Shown in pieces: positions 8,673 to 18,507 of a DNA stretch of 24,000 bases. The translations under genes and the position numbers were made by a program. The stretch's first letter is position 1, and the number at the start of each line of letters is the position of its first letter. The notes beneath the pieces were generated by a model that did not search any database, was not told the DNA's origin, and saw nothing but the letters and a program-made list of their open reading frames with translations. This DNA comes from Coleofasciculaceae cyanobacterium (GTDB lineage: Bacteria > Cyanobacteriota > Cyanobacteriia > Cyanobacteriales > Coleofasciculaceae), in contig JBAUJE010000237.1 of NCBI GenBank assembly GCA_049683475.1, forward strand, positions 11,548-35,547, written 5' to 3'.

Positions 8673-10441
8673 TAAAAAAACGATATCACGACGTAATACT
8701 CTATCGGCGTCTTTTGCGTCAGACTCGACCTTACTGGTGGCAAATTGGCATCATCTTACTGTTGAGCCTCTTGGCCACTCCCTTTGTTCTGCTCACGCCC
8801 TTACCCCTGAAAATTGCTGTTGATAACGTCGTTGGTCAAGAACCTGTCTCTGGTTTTTTAGGAGCCCTACTACCAACTGCCGTTACCGAATCAGAGACAG
8901 CGCTACTTACCTTTGCAGTATCTCTGCTACTCCTGATTGCTTTGGTGGATAAACTTCGAGACCTAGTGGTCACGGTGCTGCGCACCTATACGAGTGAAAA
9001 GCTCGTCCTGAGCTTTCGCTCCCAGATATTTCGGCATATCCAACGGCTTTCACTGGCTTACCATGACTCAAAAGGAACATCTGACTCAACCTACTGTATT
9101 CAATATGATGCACCTTCTATTTACGAGTTCTTGATCAACGGCGTTATTCCCTCCATCACCTCGAGTGTTACCGTCATCGCGATGGTCTACATCACGGCAC
9201 GAATTGACTGGCAGTTGGCTTTGGTCGCTCTGGCCGTGTCTCCGTTCCTTTTCCTGGTTGCCCGTAGTTATCAAGGTCACCTTCGCCGTCAGTGGCGTCA
9301 GGCTAAAGCGATTGAAAGTGAAACGCTATCAGTAGTACAAGAGGTTCTCACTGCCCTCCGAGTCGTCAAAGCATTTGGACAAGAAGATCGCGAACAGGAG
9401 CGCTTTATTCAGTATTCCGGTGCAGGAATGCAGGCTCGCATTCGCCTATCGCTAGTGGAGGGAAAGCTGGGTGTGCTGCTGAAGCTAACCACAACAGTCG
9501 GCACCGCTGCGGTTCTTTTTATTGGCATCAGCCATATTCAAGCTAACAGACTTACCCTCGGCGATTTGCTGTTAATAATGGGCTACCTGTCTCAACTCTA
9601 CAGCCCTTTAAACACCATTGGTAAAAAAATAGGAAAGCTACAGGGTCATCTCGCCAGTGCTGAGCGGGCTTACAGGATTCTCGACCAGACACCAGAAGTC
9701 CGCGAAACCCCTCACGCCCTTAGACTAAAGCGCGCCAAGGGTTCGGTGACTTTTCGTAATGTTTCCTTTGCTTATGCTCCACCTCAAAGGGTTTTAAGTG
9801 ATATTTCCTTCGCTGTCCCAAAAGGAACTCGTGTCGGGATTATTGGTAAAACAGGCAGCGGTAAAACAACTCTGCTCAGTTTGTTAACGCGCTTTTATGA
9901 CCCGACTGCTGGCCAAATCTTGCTTGATAATGTCGATTTGCGCCAATACAAACTTGCCGACTTGCGCAGTCAGTTTGCTATTGTTCTCCAAGAGTCAGTA
10001 CTTTTTTCGACCAGTATTGCTGAAAATATCGCTTATGCTCATCCGGAAGCCAGCAACGAGCAAGTTATAGAAGCTGCAAAAGCAGCAAATGCTCATGAGT
10101 TCATCACTAGCTTCCCTTGTGGCTACCAAACTCAGGTTGCAGAGCGTGGGATTCGCCTTTCAGGTGGTGAACGTCAGCGTATTGCCCTTGCTCGTGCCTT
10201 TCTCAAAGATTCACCCATCCTGATTCTCGATGAGCCGACTAGTTCTGTTGACGTGCAAACTGAAGTTCAGATTATGGAGGCGATGGAACGGCTCATGCGC
10301 GGTCGCACTACCTTCATGATTTCTCACCGCTTGAGTACCTTGGAGAATTGTGATGTTTTGCTTGTAATCGAGAATGGACAACTGATCGAAACGACATCTG
10401 ATGTATCAGCAGCAATTGAGAATCGGTTCGCGGCTGGCTAA
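8669..10441 (+). CDS. ABC transporter, fused permease and ATP-binding domains (MsbA/exporter type)
   Basis: 590 aa. N-terminal transmembrane region, Walker A GKTGSGKTT, signature LSGGERQRIALARA, Walker B ILILDEP, H-loop ISHRL. TTG start overlaps the upstream TGA by 4 bp. Confidence 0.92.
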   Translation: MIKKRYHDVILYRRLLRQTRPYWWQIGIILLLSLLATPFVLLTPLPLKIAVDNVVGQEPVSGFLGALLPTAVTESETALLTFAVSLLLLIALVDKLRDLVVTVLRTYTSEKLVLSFRSQIFRHIQRLSLAYHDSKGTSDSTYCIQYDAPSIYEFLINGVIPSITSSVTVIAMVYITARIDWQLALVALAVSPFLFLVARSYQGHLRRQWRQAKAIESETLSVVQEVLTALRVVKAFGQEDREQERFIQYSGAGMQARIRLSLVEGKLGVLLKLTTTVGTAAVLFIGISHIQANRLTLGDLLLIMGYLSQLYSPLNTIGKKIGKLQGHLASAERAYRILDQTPEVRETPHALRLKRAKGSVTFRNVSFAYAPPQRVLSDISFAVPKGTRVGIIGKTGSGKTTLLSLLTRFYDPTAGQILLDNVDLRQYKLADLRSQFAIVLQESVLFSTSIAENIAYAHPEASNEQVIEAAKAANAHEFITSFPCGYQTQVAERGIRLSGGERQRIALARAFLKDSPILILDEPTSSVDVQTEVQIMEAMERLMRGRTTFMISHRLSTLENCDVLLVIENGQLIETTSDVSAAIENRFAAG

Positions 10442-10495
10442 TTTAACGAACGGTAAATTCTACAAAAACCTTAATTAGATATAGGGAGATTAACC

Positions 10496-11530
10496 ATGGA
10501 AAAAATGCGTGCAATCTACATTATCAAACAGTTTCCCCAACTATCAGAAACTTATGTCAAATCAGAGATTGAAGCTGTTCAAGATGAATGTGAGGTTCTG
10601 GTAATTGGCTTAAATTACCCTGATGTCCCCTACAAAAATCATGCGCCGTATCATGTTCTCTTTGACTGGGATAGAATCGTTGAAATTATTGAGGAATTCA
10701 AACCCCACGTTCTGCACACGCATTGGCTTTACAACATCTGGAAACTTGAGCATTTTGCCCAGAAAACCAACACTCCCTATACGATTCGAGCACACTCGTT
10801 TGATCTGTTGATTAACCCAGAAGAACACTACACCAGTGCGGTACCGTTAATCAACGATGATTTGTGTCTTGGTGTCCTCACCTTTCCGTTTGGTCGTCCA
10901 CCGTTGGAGAAAATTGGTGTCCGTAGTGACAAGCTACACGATTGTTATCCAGTGGTTCATTACAATCGCTTTTATGACCGTTCCCCCAATGGTGAGGCAG
11001 TCATGAACGTGGGAGCCTGTAATGCTAAGAAAAAGATGGAGGACTTTATCGAACTTGCAGATATGCTTCCCCAGATGCAGTTTAACTTGTATCCAGTGGG
11101 GTATGATGCTCCGAAAATTAAAAAAATCAACGAAACCAACCGCAATCCCGTCAATATTGGCACGCCCGTTCAGCCAGAAGAGATGCCACGGGAGTACAAA
11201 AAGCATCGCTGGATGGTTTACACCGCCTCCCACAAAATGGGAACTGTGGGCTGGCCTATCGCCCTTGCCGAGGCTCAAGCCTCTGGTGTGGGTGTTTGTA
11301 TGGCGAATTTACGCCCAGACCTACGGGAATATGTAGGAGAAGCTGGCTTTTTGTTTGACTCGATTAGCGAAGCAAAAGAGATCATCTCTCAACCCTTCCC
11401 TGACGAATTACGGGAAATTGGCTTTGAGCATGCCAAAAAGAGCGATGTCTTTGAGCATAAAACTATTTTGACTAATTTGTGGCGGAATGCCACCCAAAGT
11501 GATGTAGCCAGACAGAAGTCATTAGTCTAA
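10496..11530 (+). CDS. Glycosyltransferase, GT-B / group 1 (GT4-like)
   Basis: 344 aa. Contains PHVLHTHWLYNIWKLEHFAQKTNTPYTIRAHSFD, then MGTVGWPIALAEAQASGVGVCMANLRPDLREYVGEAGFLFDS, typical of a GT4 C-terminal donor site. Confidence 0.83.
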   Translation: MEKMRAIYIIKQFPQLSETYVKSEIEAVQDECEVLVIGLNYPDVPYKNHAPYHVLFDWDRIVEIIEEFKPHVLHTHWLYNIWKLEHFAQKTNTPYTIRAHSFDLLINPEEHYTSAVPLINDDLCLGVLTFPFGRPPLEKIGVRSDKLHDCYPVVHYNRFYDRSPNGEAVMNVGACNAKKKMEDFIELADMLPQMQFNLYPVGYDAPKIKKINETNRNPVNIGTPVQPEEMPREYKKHRWMVYTASHKMGTVGWPIALAEAQASGVGVCMANLRPDLREYVGEAGFLFDSISEAKEIISQPFPDELREIGFEHAKKSDVFEHKTILTNLWRNATQSDVARQKSLV

Positions 11531-11571
11531 GTCCAGGTGTACCAGCAGAGCAATGAAATGATAGACCTTTT

Positions 11572-11607
11572 GTAGGTAGCCTTTGCTAGCGTGGCGCTCT
11601 AGCCTAC
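11572..11607. repeat. Short structured palindromic stretch between two glycosyltransferase genes
   Basis: GTAGGTAGC-CTTTGCTAGCGTGGCGCTCTA-GCCTAC. Outer GTAGG/CCTAC pairing plus internal self-complementary GCTAGC and AGCG/CGCT. Confidence 0.4.
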
Positions 11608-11672
11608 ACGGCTCAGGAGGATGGTTCGGTTCGACCAGCAGAAATCAGTTAAGAAAACTCGAGGGAAACCAG

Positions 11673-12878
11673 ATGTCTCACTTACGTATTGTCATTGGAA
11701 ATCAGACACTAGCAAAGTACTTACAAGGGGGCGGACATTGGATTATTCGCATTCAGTATTTACTGGGATTGCGGGCTTTGAAACATGATGTTGTGCTGCT
11801 TGAGTTGTTGTGGTCAAGCGGCAATCATCAGCAAGATGAGCAGCGCATCAGCCAATTCTTTCAGCAGTTGGCAGAATACGGACTAGCTGAATGCTGTGTG
11901 CTACTCTTATTTCCCAAGGAACTTAAAGAACCAAGATTTGAGTCAGCCCAGGCCTATGGCAAAAGCAAAGCAGAAATCGCAGATATTATTAAGAGTGCAG
12001 ATTTGCTCTGGAACGATTGCTGTAGTATCCGCCAGCCTCTACTTGGTATGTTTAAGCATCGGGTACTTATCGATCTAGATCCAGGAGTGGTTCAAGTTTC
12101 CTGTATAGATTGGGAGGACGAGAATCAGGATGCACCGCCCCTCGGCCCGGTTGCAGAAGCCATGAGTATTCATGACCATCACGCTTTTTTAACCGTTGGT
12201 CGGAAGATGAATGATCCAGATTGCGAAGTCCCAACGTTGGGTTTAGAGTGGCATACCTTCAGCCCATTTGTTTATCTTCCTTTATGGCAGGTTGCTCCCA
12301 ACCCAGGTTTAGCTAGTCCGTTTAGCTCTATTACTCATTGGAGTTGGAAGGAAATTTGGATGAAAAAGCGGATTTTAAGCACTTCTAAGCGTAAAGCTTA
12401 TCTCCGCTATCTTGATTTACCGCAAAAAACAGGAAGAGCGTTTGAACTTGCTGCCAATATTCATCCTGACGATAACACCGGCGATCGCGAATTGCTAACA
12501 GAGCATAACTGGAAACTCGTCGATCCTTGGGAGGTTGCTAAATCGCCTGCCGCATATCAAAACTACATTGCTAGTTCCCGTGCCGAAATTATGTGTCCTA
12601 AACCAATCTTTAGAGAATTGAAGTCAGGTTGGTTTAGTGACCGCAGTGCCTGTTACCTAGCGAGTGGACGACCCGTCCTAGCAGAGGATACAGGATTTAG
12701 CGACCATCTCCCCACCGGAAAAGGGTTGTTGGCATTTCGTGACTTGGAGGAAGCGATCGCCGGGGTTCACGAGATTGACGCAAACTATCCTAAACACATG
12801 CAAGCCGCTCGCGAACTAGCAGAAGAATTGTTAGATTCTCAACGCTGCTTGGAGAAAATATTAGCTGCTTGTAGTTAG
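11673..12878 (+). CDS. Glycosyltransferase-related protein (paralog of the next ORF)
   Basis: The supplied ORF opens at TTG 11583. A more natural ATG lies at 11673 (MSHLRIVIGNQTLAKYLQGGGHW) after GAGGG at 11661-11665. C-terminal KSGWFSDRSACYLASGRPVLAEDTGFSDHLPTGKGLLAF resembles the GT-B donor-binding half. Confidence 0.75.
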   Translation: MSHLRIVIGNQTLAKYLQGGGHWIIRIQYLLGLRALKHDVVLLELLWSSGNHQQDEQRISQFFQQLAEYGLAECCVLLLFPKELKEPRFESAQAYGKSKAEIADIIKSADLLWNDCCSIRQPLLGMFKHRVLIDLDPGVVQVSCIDWEDENQDAPPLGPVAEAMSIHDHHAFLTVGRKMNDPDCEVPTLGLEWHTFSPFVYLPLWQVAPNPGLASPFSSITHWSWKEIWMKKRILSTSKRKAYLRYLDLPQKTGRAFELAANIHPDDNTGDRELLTEHNWKLVDPWEVAKSPAAYQNYIASSRAEIMCPKPIFRELKSGWFSDRSACYLASGRPVLAEDTGFSDHLPTGKGLLAFRDLEEAIAGVHEIDANYPKHMQAARELAEELLDSQRCLEKILAACS

Positions 12879-12968
12879 AGATTGCTCCTCCAACAGTACT
12901 AATTTGTAGACAGGCTTAACTAATAAGTTCTTCAATCCCTATGGCAGTATCAGTTAGAGGCAACAGTC

Positions 12969-14216
12969 GTGACTTCCTCTCTTAGAATCATCGTAACTGG
13001 TTTAGTCGGTCTCTACCCAGTTGGTGGAGTGGCCTGGGATTACTTACAATATTTAATTGGTCTGACAAGGCTGGGTCACGATGTTTACTATCATGAGGAC
13101 ACTTGGAGCTGGCCCTACCATCCCATCGAGAGAACTTACACTTCAGAAGGAACTTATTCAGCAACATACATTGATAATTTCTTCAATCGGTATGCCCCCC
13201 AACTAAGGGAAAAATGGCACTATCTGCATTTACACGAGATCAGCTTTGGGATGGAAAGAGCGGCTTTCGACGAGATTGCCAGGACAGCCGATTTGTTTTT
13301 AAACATTAGCGGTGCCTGTATGATTCCCGACAACCTTTCACCTCAATGTCTTAAAGTCTTTTTAGATACCGATCCGGGATACAACCAAATCGTGCTGAGT
13401 GAACGGTTCTCATGGTCAGAGAATGTAGAGCGATGGTGTACTAATGTGGCGGCTCACGACTGCCACTTTACTTATGCCGAAAATATATATGGCGCTGAGT
13501 GTACCATTCCTAAAGTCGGCATTAACTGGAAGACAACGCGGATGCCGATTGTGATTGATTTGTGGACACCCTTGGTTGGGGCAGAGCAACCTAATCTACT
13601 GCCCTGGACAACCGTTATGACCTGGAATGCGTTTAAGGGCAAATTGATTTACAAAGGTGTGGAATATAAAAGCAAAGGCAATGAGTTTGATAAAGTAATC
13701 AAACTGCCTCAAGCAACAGAAGTACCTTTCAAGATTGCAGTGGGAGGTATGAAAGCACCGCTGAAGCGCTTAGCTGATTATGGGTGGCAAGTTGTAGATG
13801 GACCGCAAGCTACTCTAACACCACCTCGATACCAGGAGTTTATTGCTCAATCACGAGGTGAGTTTTCAGTAGCCAAGCATGTGTATGCGGCAACCCAAAG
13901 TGGTTGGTTTAGTTGCCGTTCTGCTTGCTATTTAGCGGCTGGTCGCCCTGTTGTTGTACAAGATACTGGTTTTTCTGCGATCCTGCCTGTAGGAGAAGGC
14001 ATCTTACCATTTGTCACGCCAGAGGAAGCCGTCAGAGCAATATCTGAGGTTGAAAGCTGCTACAAACGACACGAGATCGCAGCACGCAGCCTTGCAAAGG
14101 AGTATTTCGACTCAGACAAAGTTCTTACTCATCTAGTCGATCAGGCGATAGGTTCATCCAAAACGGACTTGAAAAAAAATTCTGAACCCCATTCTCCACT
14201 TCACCGGGAAAACTAA
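12969..14216 (+). CDS. Glycosyltransferase-related protein (paralog of the preceding ORF)
   Basis: 415 aa, GTG start. MTSSLRIIVTGLVGLYPVGGVAWDYLQYLIGLTRLGHDVYYHEDT and QSGWFSCRSACYLAAGRPVVVQDTGFSAILPVGEGILPF are clearly related to 11673-12878. Confidence 0.8.
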   Translation: MTSSLRIIVTGLVGLYPVGGVAWDYLQYLIGLTRLGHDVYYHEDTWSWPYHPIERTYTSEGTYSATYIDNFFNRYAPQLREKWHYLHLHEISFGMERAAFDEIARTADLFLNISGACMIPDNLSPQCLKVFLDTDPGYNQIVLSERFSWSENVERWCTNVAAHDCHFTYAENIYGAECTIPKVGINWKTTRMPIVIDLWTPLVGAEQPNLLPWTTVMTWNAFKGKLIYKGVEYKSKGNEFDKVIKLPQATEVPFKIAVGGMKAPLKRLADYGWQVVDGPQATLTPPRYQEFIAQSRGEFSVAKHVYAATQSGWFSCRSACYLAAGRPVVVQDTGFSAILPVGEGILPFVTPEEAVRAISEVESCYKRHEIAARSLAKEYFDSDKVLTHLVDQAIGSSKTDLKKNSEPHSPLHREN

Positions 14217-14474
14217 GACAGGTAAGATTTGGGTGATATCGTAAATTTGAGGTTGCTTAGTTTCTTCTAGACAGAAAATTAGGAAGCACTCTTTAAACTC
14301 AAATCGTCTTAGTTTCGCCCACCTAGAAGGCTCCACGGCCTAATTCGATTAGCAAAAACTAGTTCAGCAAAAAATTTCCATACGTCTTAGATACTAATAT
14401 TGCCTAACGGTCTAAGTGTGCTAGCCATCAACTTTTTAGACCCTCCAGAAAAGTACACAAGTATTGCGCAAATT

Positions 14475-14514
14475 AAAAGCTTACTACAACCCCTGTAAGC
14501 CGTAGTAAGCTTTT
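14475..14514. terminator. Strong bidirectional-type terminator hairpin downstream of trxA
   Basis: AAAAGCTTACTAC (14475-14487), 14-nt loop, GTAGTAAGCTTTT (14502-14514). 13-bp perfect stem with T tracts on both strands. Confidence 0.88.
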
Positions 14515-14549
14515 GTTAATGATAATTGGCAGTCTTGTGACCTAGAAGT

Positions 14550-14873
14550 TTAGAGATACTTTTCCAAGGTATTAGCCAATGTGGTTTTGGGTACAGCACC
14601 CACCACCATATCAACTCGCTGACCGCCTTTGAAAATCATCAATGTTGGAATGCTGCGAATACCATATTGGCTGGCAACATTGGGATTCTCGTCCGTATTG
14701 AGCTTAACGACCTTGATTTGACCTTCGTACTGCTGTGAAATTTCATCCACAACAGGTGCAACCATCCGACAAGGTCCACACCAGGGGGCCCAAAAATCCA
14801 CTAAAACAGGTATTTCGCTCTCTAGTACGTCCTGCTTAAAGCTGGCGTCTGTAACTTGTACAGCTGTTGACAT
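14550..14873 (-). CDS. trxA: Thioredoxin
   Basis: 107 aa with [13 protein letters not shown] active site and conserved PTLMIFKGG. Confidence 0.97.
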   Translation of the reverse strand: MSTAVQVTDASFKQDVLESEIPVLVDFWAPWCGPCRMVAPVVDEISQQYEGQIKVVKLNTDENPNVASQYGIRSIPTLMIFKGGQRVDMVVGAVPKTTLANTLEKYL

Positions 14874-15052
14874 GCCTGGAAATCCTTGCGTGTACTGTTC
14901 TATCTATGTTAGGTAATTCTACCACATCGCCACACTGTTCTATTATCTAGGTATAAATTTGTAAACTCACCAAGGCTAACTAAGCTCGGTTGAGGGGTGA
15001 ACCTTTTAGTGGCAAACATTTACTTACTAGCCCATAGATGCCATTAAGGAAC

Positions 15053-15075
15053 CGCCCGAACATTGTCCGGGCGGA
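15053..15075. repeat. GC-rich hairpin in the trxA/guaB3 intergenic region
   Basis: CCGCCCG-AACATTGTC-CGGGCGG, a 7-bp perfect stem with 9-nt loop and no adjacent T run. Confidence 0.6.
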
Positions 15076-15266
15076 GTGTGGTGTGAGGAGTGAACGGAAA
15101 CTTGCGTCTCCGCTATCTCTATTGTAAACTACTGATTTAGTTTTGTTGGCATTACCCATAAACCAATCAAGATTTTTTTTAAGGGAGTAATCTTTAGGGG
15201 TCTAGGGTTATCAAAATCTCCACGTCTGCGCCCCTTTGTATAACCCACCGACTCCCCCCATCTGGG

Positions 15267-16430
15267 TTACTTACCCATACCTAGCTGCTGGGCTTTCTGA
15301 TATACCTTGCCCTCTGTTAGTAGGGAAGGAGCAATAATTACTTCTACTTGCTGCATTTCCTTGAGGTTTTTTGCTCCTAATGTACCCATACTGGTTTTTA
15401 ATGCCCCTAAAAGGTTGTGGGTTCCGTCATCAAGTTGTGCAGGTCCAGTAAGAATTTGCTCCAGAGTGCCGGTGCTACCTACCTGAATGCGTGTACCACG
15501 GGGTAGAACGGGGCTAGGGGTAGCCATTCCCCAATGAAAACCTTGTCCTGGTGCTTCTTTGGCTCGAGCAAAAGGAGAGCCAATCATGACACCATCTGCT
15601 CCGCAGGCGATACATTTGCAGATGTCACCACCAGTAACTAAACCACCATCAGCAATTACAGGAACATAGTTACCGGTTTCTTGTTGGTAGTCGTCGCGAG
15701 CAGCGGCACAATCAGCTACAGCAGTTGCCTGAGGCACACCTACACCCAAGACACCACGAGATGTACAAGCGGCACCTGGACCAATGCCAACTAACACACC
15801 TGCAGCACCAGCTTTCATCAAATTAAGGGTGACTTCATAGGTAACGCAATTGCCCACAATCACCGGCATAGGCATTTCTTGACAAAACTCAGCTAAATCC
15901 AAGGGAATTACCGACTCCGGTGAAAGATGAGCTGTCGAAACGACAGTTGCCTGCAAGAAAAATAAATCAGCACCGGCAGACTTAACAATAGAACCGTATT
16001 TACTCGCCCCTGCCGGAGTTGCACTCACAGCGGCAATACCACCTTGTTCTTTAATTTCTCGAATTCGCTGGCTAATCAGTTCTGGCTGAATCGGTGAATT
16101 ATAGAGTTCCTGCATTAAGGGGACAAACTCTGACTTACCCACCGCAGCAATACGATCAAGCACTGGTTCTGGATCGGCATAGCGGGTGTAAATACCCTCT
16201 AGGTTGAGGACACCTAAAGCTCCCATCTGAGATAGGAGGACTGCCATTTTTACATCTACGACACCATCCATGGCACTAGCAATGATAGGAATTTTCCGCT
16301 CAATCCCACCAATCTGCCAGCAAGTATCTGCCAAACTGGGGTCGAGTGTACGCTGTCCAGGAACTAGTGCAACTTCATCTATGCCGTAGGCTCTGCGAGC
16401 TTTCTTGCCTCGCCCAATTTGAATTTCCAC
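15267..16430 (-). CDS. guaB3: GuaB3-family IMP dehydrogenase-related protein
   Basis: 387 aa. MEIQIGRGKKARRAYGIDEVALVPG..., GIGPGAACTSRGVLGVGVPQATA, VIADGGLVTGGDICKCIACGADGVMIGSPFA. Confidence 0.93.
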   Translation of the reverse strand: MEIQIGRGKKARRAYGIDEVALVPGQRTLDPSLADTCWQIGGIERKIPIIASAMDGVVDVKMAVLLSQMGALGVLNLEGIYTRYADPEPVLDRIAAVGKSEFVPLMQELYNSPIQPELISQRIREIKEQGGIAAVSATPAGASKYGSIVKSAGADLFFLQATVVSTAHLSPESVIPLDLAEFCQEMPMPVIVGNCVTYEVTLNLMKAGAAGVLVGIGPGAACTSRGVLGVGVPQATAVADCAAARDDYQQETGNYVPVIADGGLVTGGDICKCIACGADGVMIGSPFARAKEAPGQGFHWGMATPSPVLPRGTRIQVGSTGTLEQILTGPAQLDDGTHNLLGALKTSMGTLGAKNLKEMQQVEVIIAPSLLTEGKVYQKAQQLGMGK

Positions 16431-16476
16431 GCTTTTTTACTTCCAAGCTTATTTAAGCTAGGTTATCAAATTGGGG

Positions 16477-18420
16477 TCAGGATTGCTTTGACTGCTCGGA
16501 AGATAGGGGAGGTGAAGAAGCAGGGTTCTTCCTTTGTAACTGTATTGTAGATACTGGCGGAGGGGGTGGAGTAACACTTGACTTCTTCTCTGAGATTTTT
16601 GGCGTCTGCTCTATGCCAGTATTTTTGTCCTCTTCACGCATTAGTTGTCTAAGTTGACCAAGTAGTGACCCTAGCTTACCTTCATCGAATAGGGAATTAA
16701 TCATGGACAAGCCACTGGTGGAAAGAAGTAGTTTGTTAATATCACCTACGCCTCCCTTGCCATTACCATTACCGTCATTGGCACCAGGGAAAGAGTAAAT
16801 GCGGGTATCGCCCAAAATTCCTGGTTGCGGAGCCAAAGCTTTAACAATTTCTGGCAATTTCTCCGCTAAATCAGGCCAGATAGTTGTAATAATCTGCGCC
16901 GTGAGCTTGGCATCACTTAAGGAGTTTTCTGCCTCAATCAGGGCCCGTTTACCTTCAGCTTCTGCTAAAGCGTTATCTCGATTGGCTTGTGCCAAAGTAC
17001 GGATCGATTCAGCCTCTAATTCTGCTGCTTGACGGGCAATTTCAGCTTGGCGGCGACGGCGGAAGACATCGATTTCCACCACGTTCTGATCAGAAATACG
17101 CCGTTGCTGGGCTTCTTGTTCGGCAGCAATAATTGAAAGACGTTGTTCCCTTTCCGCTTTTTCAATTTCCGTGGCGGTGACAACAGCTGCTTCAGCCTGA
17201 GCACGTTCTGCTTCAGCCGCAAAACGTTCCCGTTCTTTTTCAGCAATGGCGATCGCCGCTTCTTGTTGGGCAATTTTTGACTCTTGCTCAGCTTCAGCTA
17301 CCTGTACTTGGGCTTTGAGGCGAGAAGACTCTACGCTTCGCTGACGGGTAATTTCGGCAATTTCTGCTTCTTGTTTTTGCAGGGTTTGGGTAACTTTGAG
17401 CTGTTTATTACGTTCTTCTAGGGCAATGTCAGCTTCAATTTGGTTCTGCTGAACTGATAGTTTTTTGCGGATTTCTTCTTCTTCTACAGACTTATCCTGC
17501 AAAATCTTAGTACGTCTTACCGTTGCTGCTTCTCTGTCTTTTGATTCTTGAATTTCTCGCTCTCGTTGGGCTGTCAGGGACTCGACTTCTAGCTGTTGCT
17601 CTAGTTTGGCACTCTCTTGTTCTTGGGCAATGCGTAAAGATTGCTTTTGAGCATCTAGTTGCTTCTGCTCAATCGAAACCTGGGTGTTTAACTCAACTTC
17701 TGTTTTTTGTTGAATTGAACGCTGGATAGTTTCAGTACGTAGACGTACACCTTGAGCATCGAAGAAATTGTTTGTGTCGTAGGTATCACTCTCTTCAATC
17801 TCAGAAATAGCAATGTTGTTAAGGGTTAAACCGACTTTTTTCAAGTCCTGCTGAATTAAATTCAATACTTCGTCAGCAAATCCCAATTTGTCAGAGTCAA
17901 TTTCTGCTAAACTCTTTTTCTTAGCCGCAGCTCGAATCGCATCATCTGCCCGTTTTTCTAGGGCATCTTTAATATCTTCAGCAGAAATTTTGCCTTGCTT
18001 AGATAAGCGTGCTGCTGCTGTTAATACATCTTGTTCATCGGCATTAATACAGACATAAAAAGTTACTCGCATATTGGCACGCAAGTAATCTTGAGTGCGA
18101 ACTGCAAGTTTGCCTGTACGCTCAACATCGATAGAAAGTTCCCTTAAAGGAACGCGGGTAAGTTCGTGAAATCCTGGTAGCACAACGCAGCCACCATTGA
18201 GAATTACTGTTTTCTTTTTGATAAAAACGCCACCAGTTCTAACAAATGCCTCGTTGTTGGGAGTAATGACATAAACCCGCGTATATGCCCAAACACTGAG
18301 GAGTAGTAATACAACCAGTGCGCCAATCAGACCAGGAAAAAAGAGTATTCCCGCCGGAAGTTGAGCCAGGGGGGCATTTATAGGAACGGGTTGAATTGTT
18401 TGATAATTAGTGTTTGACAT
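16477..18420 (-). CDS. Flotillin-like / SPFH-domain protein
   Basis: 647 aa. Single N-terminal TM segment, SPFH-like region (VLPGFHELTRVPLRELSIDVERTGKLAVRTQDYLRANM), and a long coiled-coil rich in A/E/Q. Confidence 0.9.
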   Translation of the reverse strand: MSNTNYQTIQPVPINAPLAQLPAGILFFPGLIGALVVLLLLSVWAYTRVYVITPNNEAFVRTGGVFIKKKTVILNGGCVVLPGFHELTRVPLRELSIDVERTGKLAVRTQDYLRANMRVTFYVCINADEQDVLTAAARLSKQGKISAEDIKDALEKRADDAIRAAAKKKSLAEIDSDKLGFADEVLNLIQQDLKKVGLTLNNIAISEIEESDTYDTNNFFDAQGVRLRTETIQRSIQQKTEVELNTQVSIEQKQLDAQKQSLRIAQEQESAKLEQQLEVESLTAQREREIQESKDREAATVRRTKILQDKSVEEEEIRKKLSVQQNQIEADIALEERNKQLKVTQTLQKQEAEIAEITRQRSVESSRLKAQVQVAEAEQESKIAQQEAAIAIAEKERERFAAEAERAQAEAAVVTATEIEKAEREQRLSIIAAEQEAQQRRISDQNVVEIDVFRRRRQAEIARQAAELEAESIRTLAQANRDNALAEAEGKRALIEAENSLSDAKLTAQIITTIWPDLAEKLPEIVKALAPQPGILGDTRIYSFPGANDGNGNGKGGVGDINKLLLSTSGLSMINSLFDEGKLGSLLGQLRQLMREEDKNTGIEQTPKISEKKSSVTPPPPPVSTIQLQRKNPASSPPLSSEQSKQS

Positions 18421-18507
18421 AGTTTTTATATAGCAGTTCTCAATTCCAGAATTTAAACTTCATTTCAACTACTACAAAGCTTTCTGGTTAATTTTCGGAG
18501 ATGTCTA

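Noticed and set aside
8638-8823. 61 aa forward ORF across the fusion/ABC transporter junction
   Set aside because: Overlaps two well-supported genes in another frame and has no recognisable motif.
11583-11672. 30-residue N-terminal extension of the ORF ending at 12878
   Set aside because: The extension MLAWRSSLHGSGGWFGSTSRNQLRKLEGNQ runs through the palindromic intergenic patch. ATG 11673 with an upstream GAGGG gives the N-terminus that matches the paralog.
14154-14336. 60 aa reverse ORF overlapping the end of the glycosyltransferase gene at 12969-14216
   Set aside because: No RBS or motif support; likely chance open frame.
17016-17273. 85 aa reverse ORF inside the flotillin-like gene
   Set aside because: Alternative frame of the A/E/Q-rich coiled-coil coding region. 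Lys/Leu-rich artefact composition and no homology signal.
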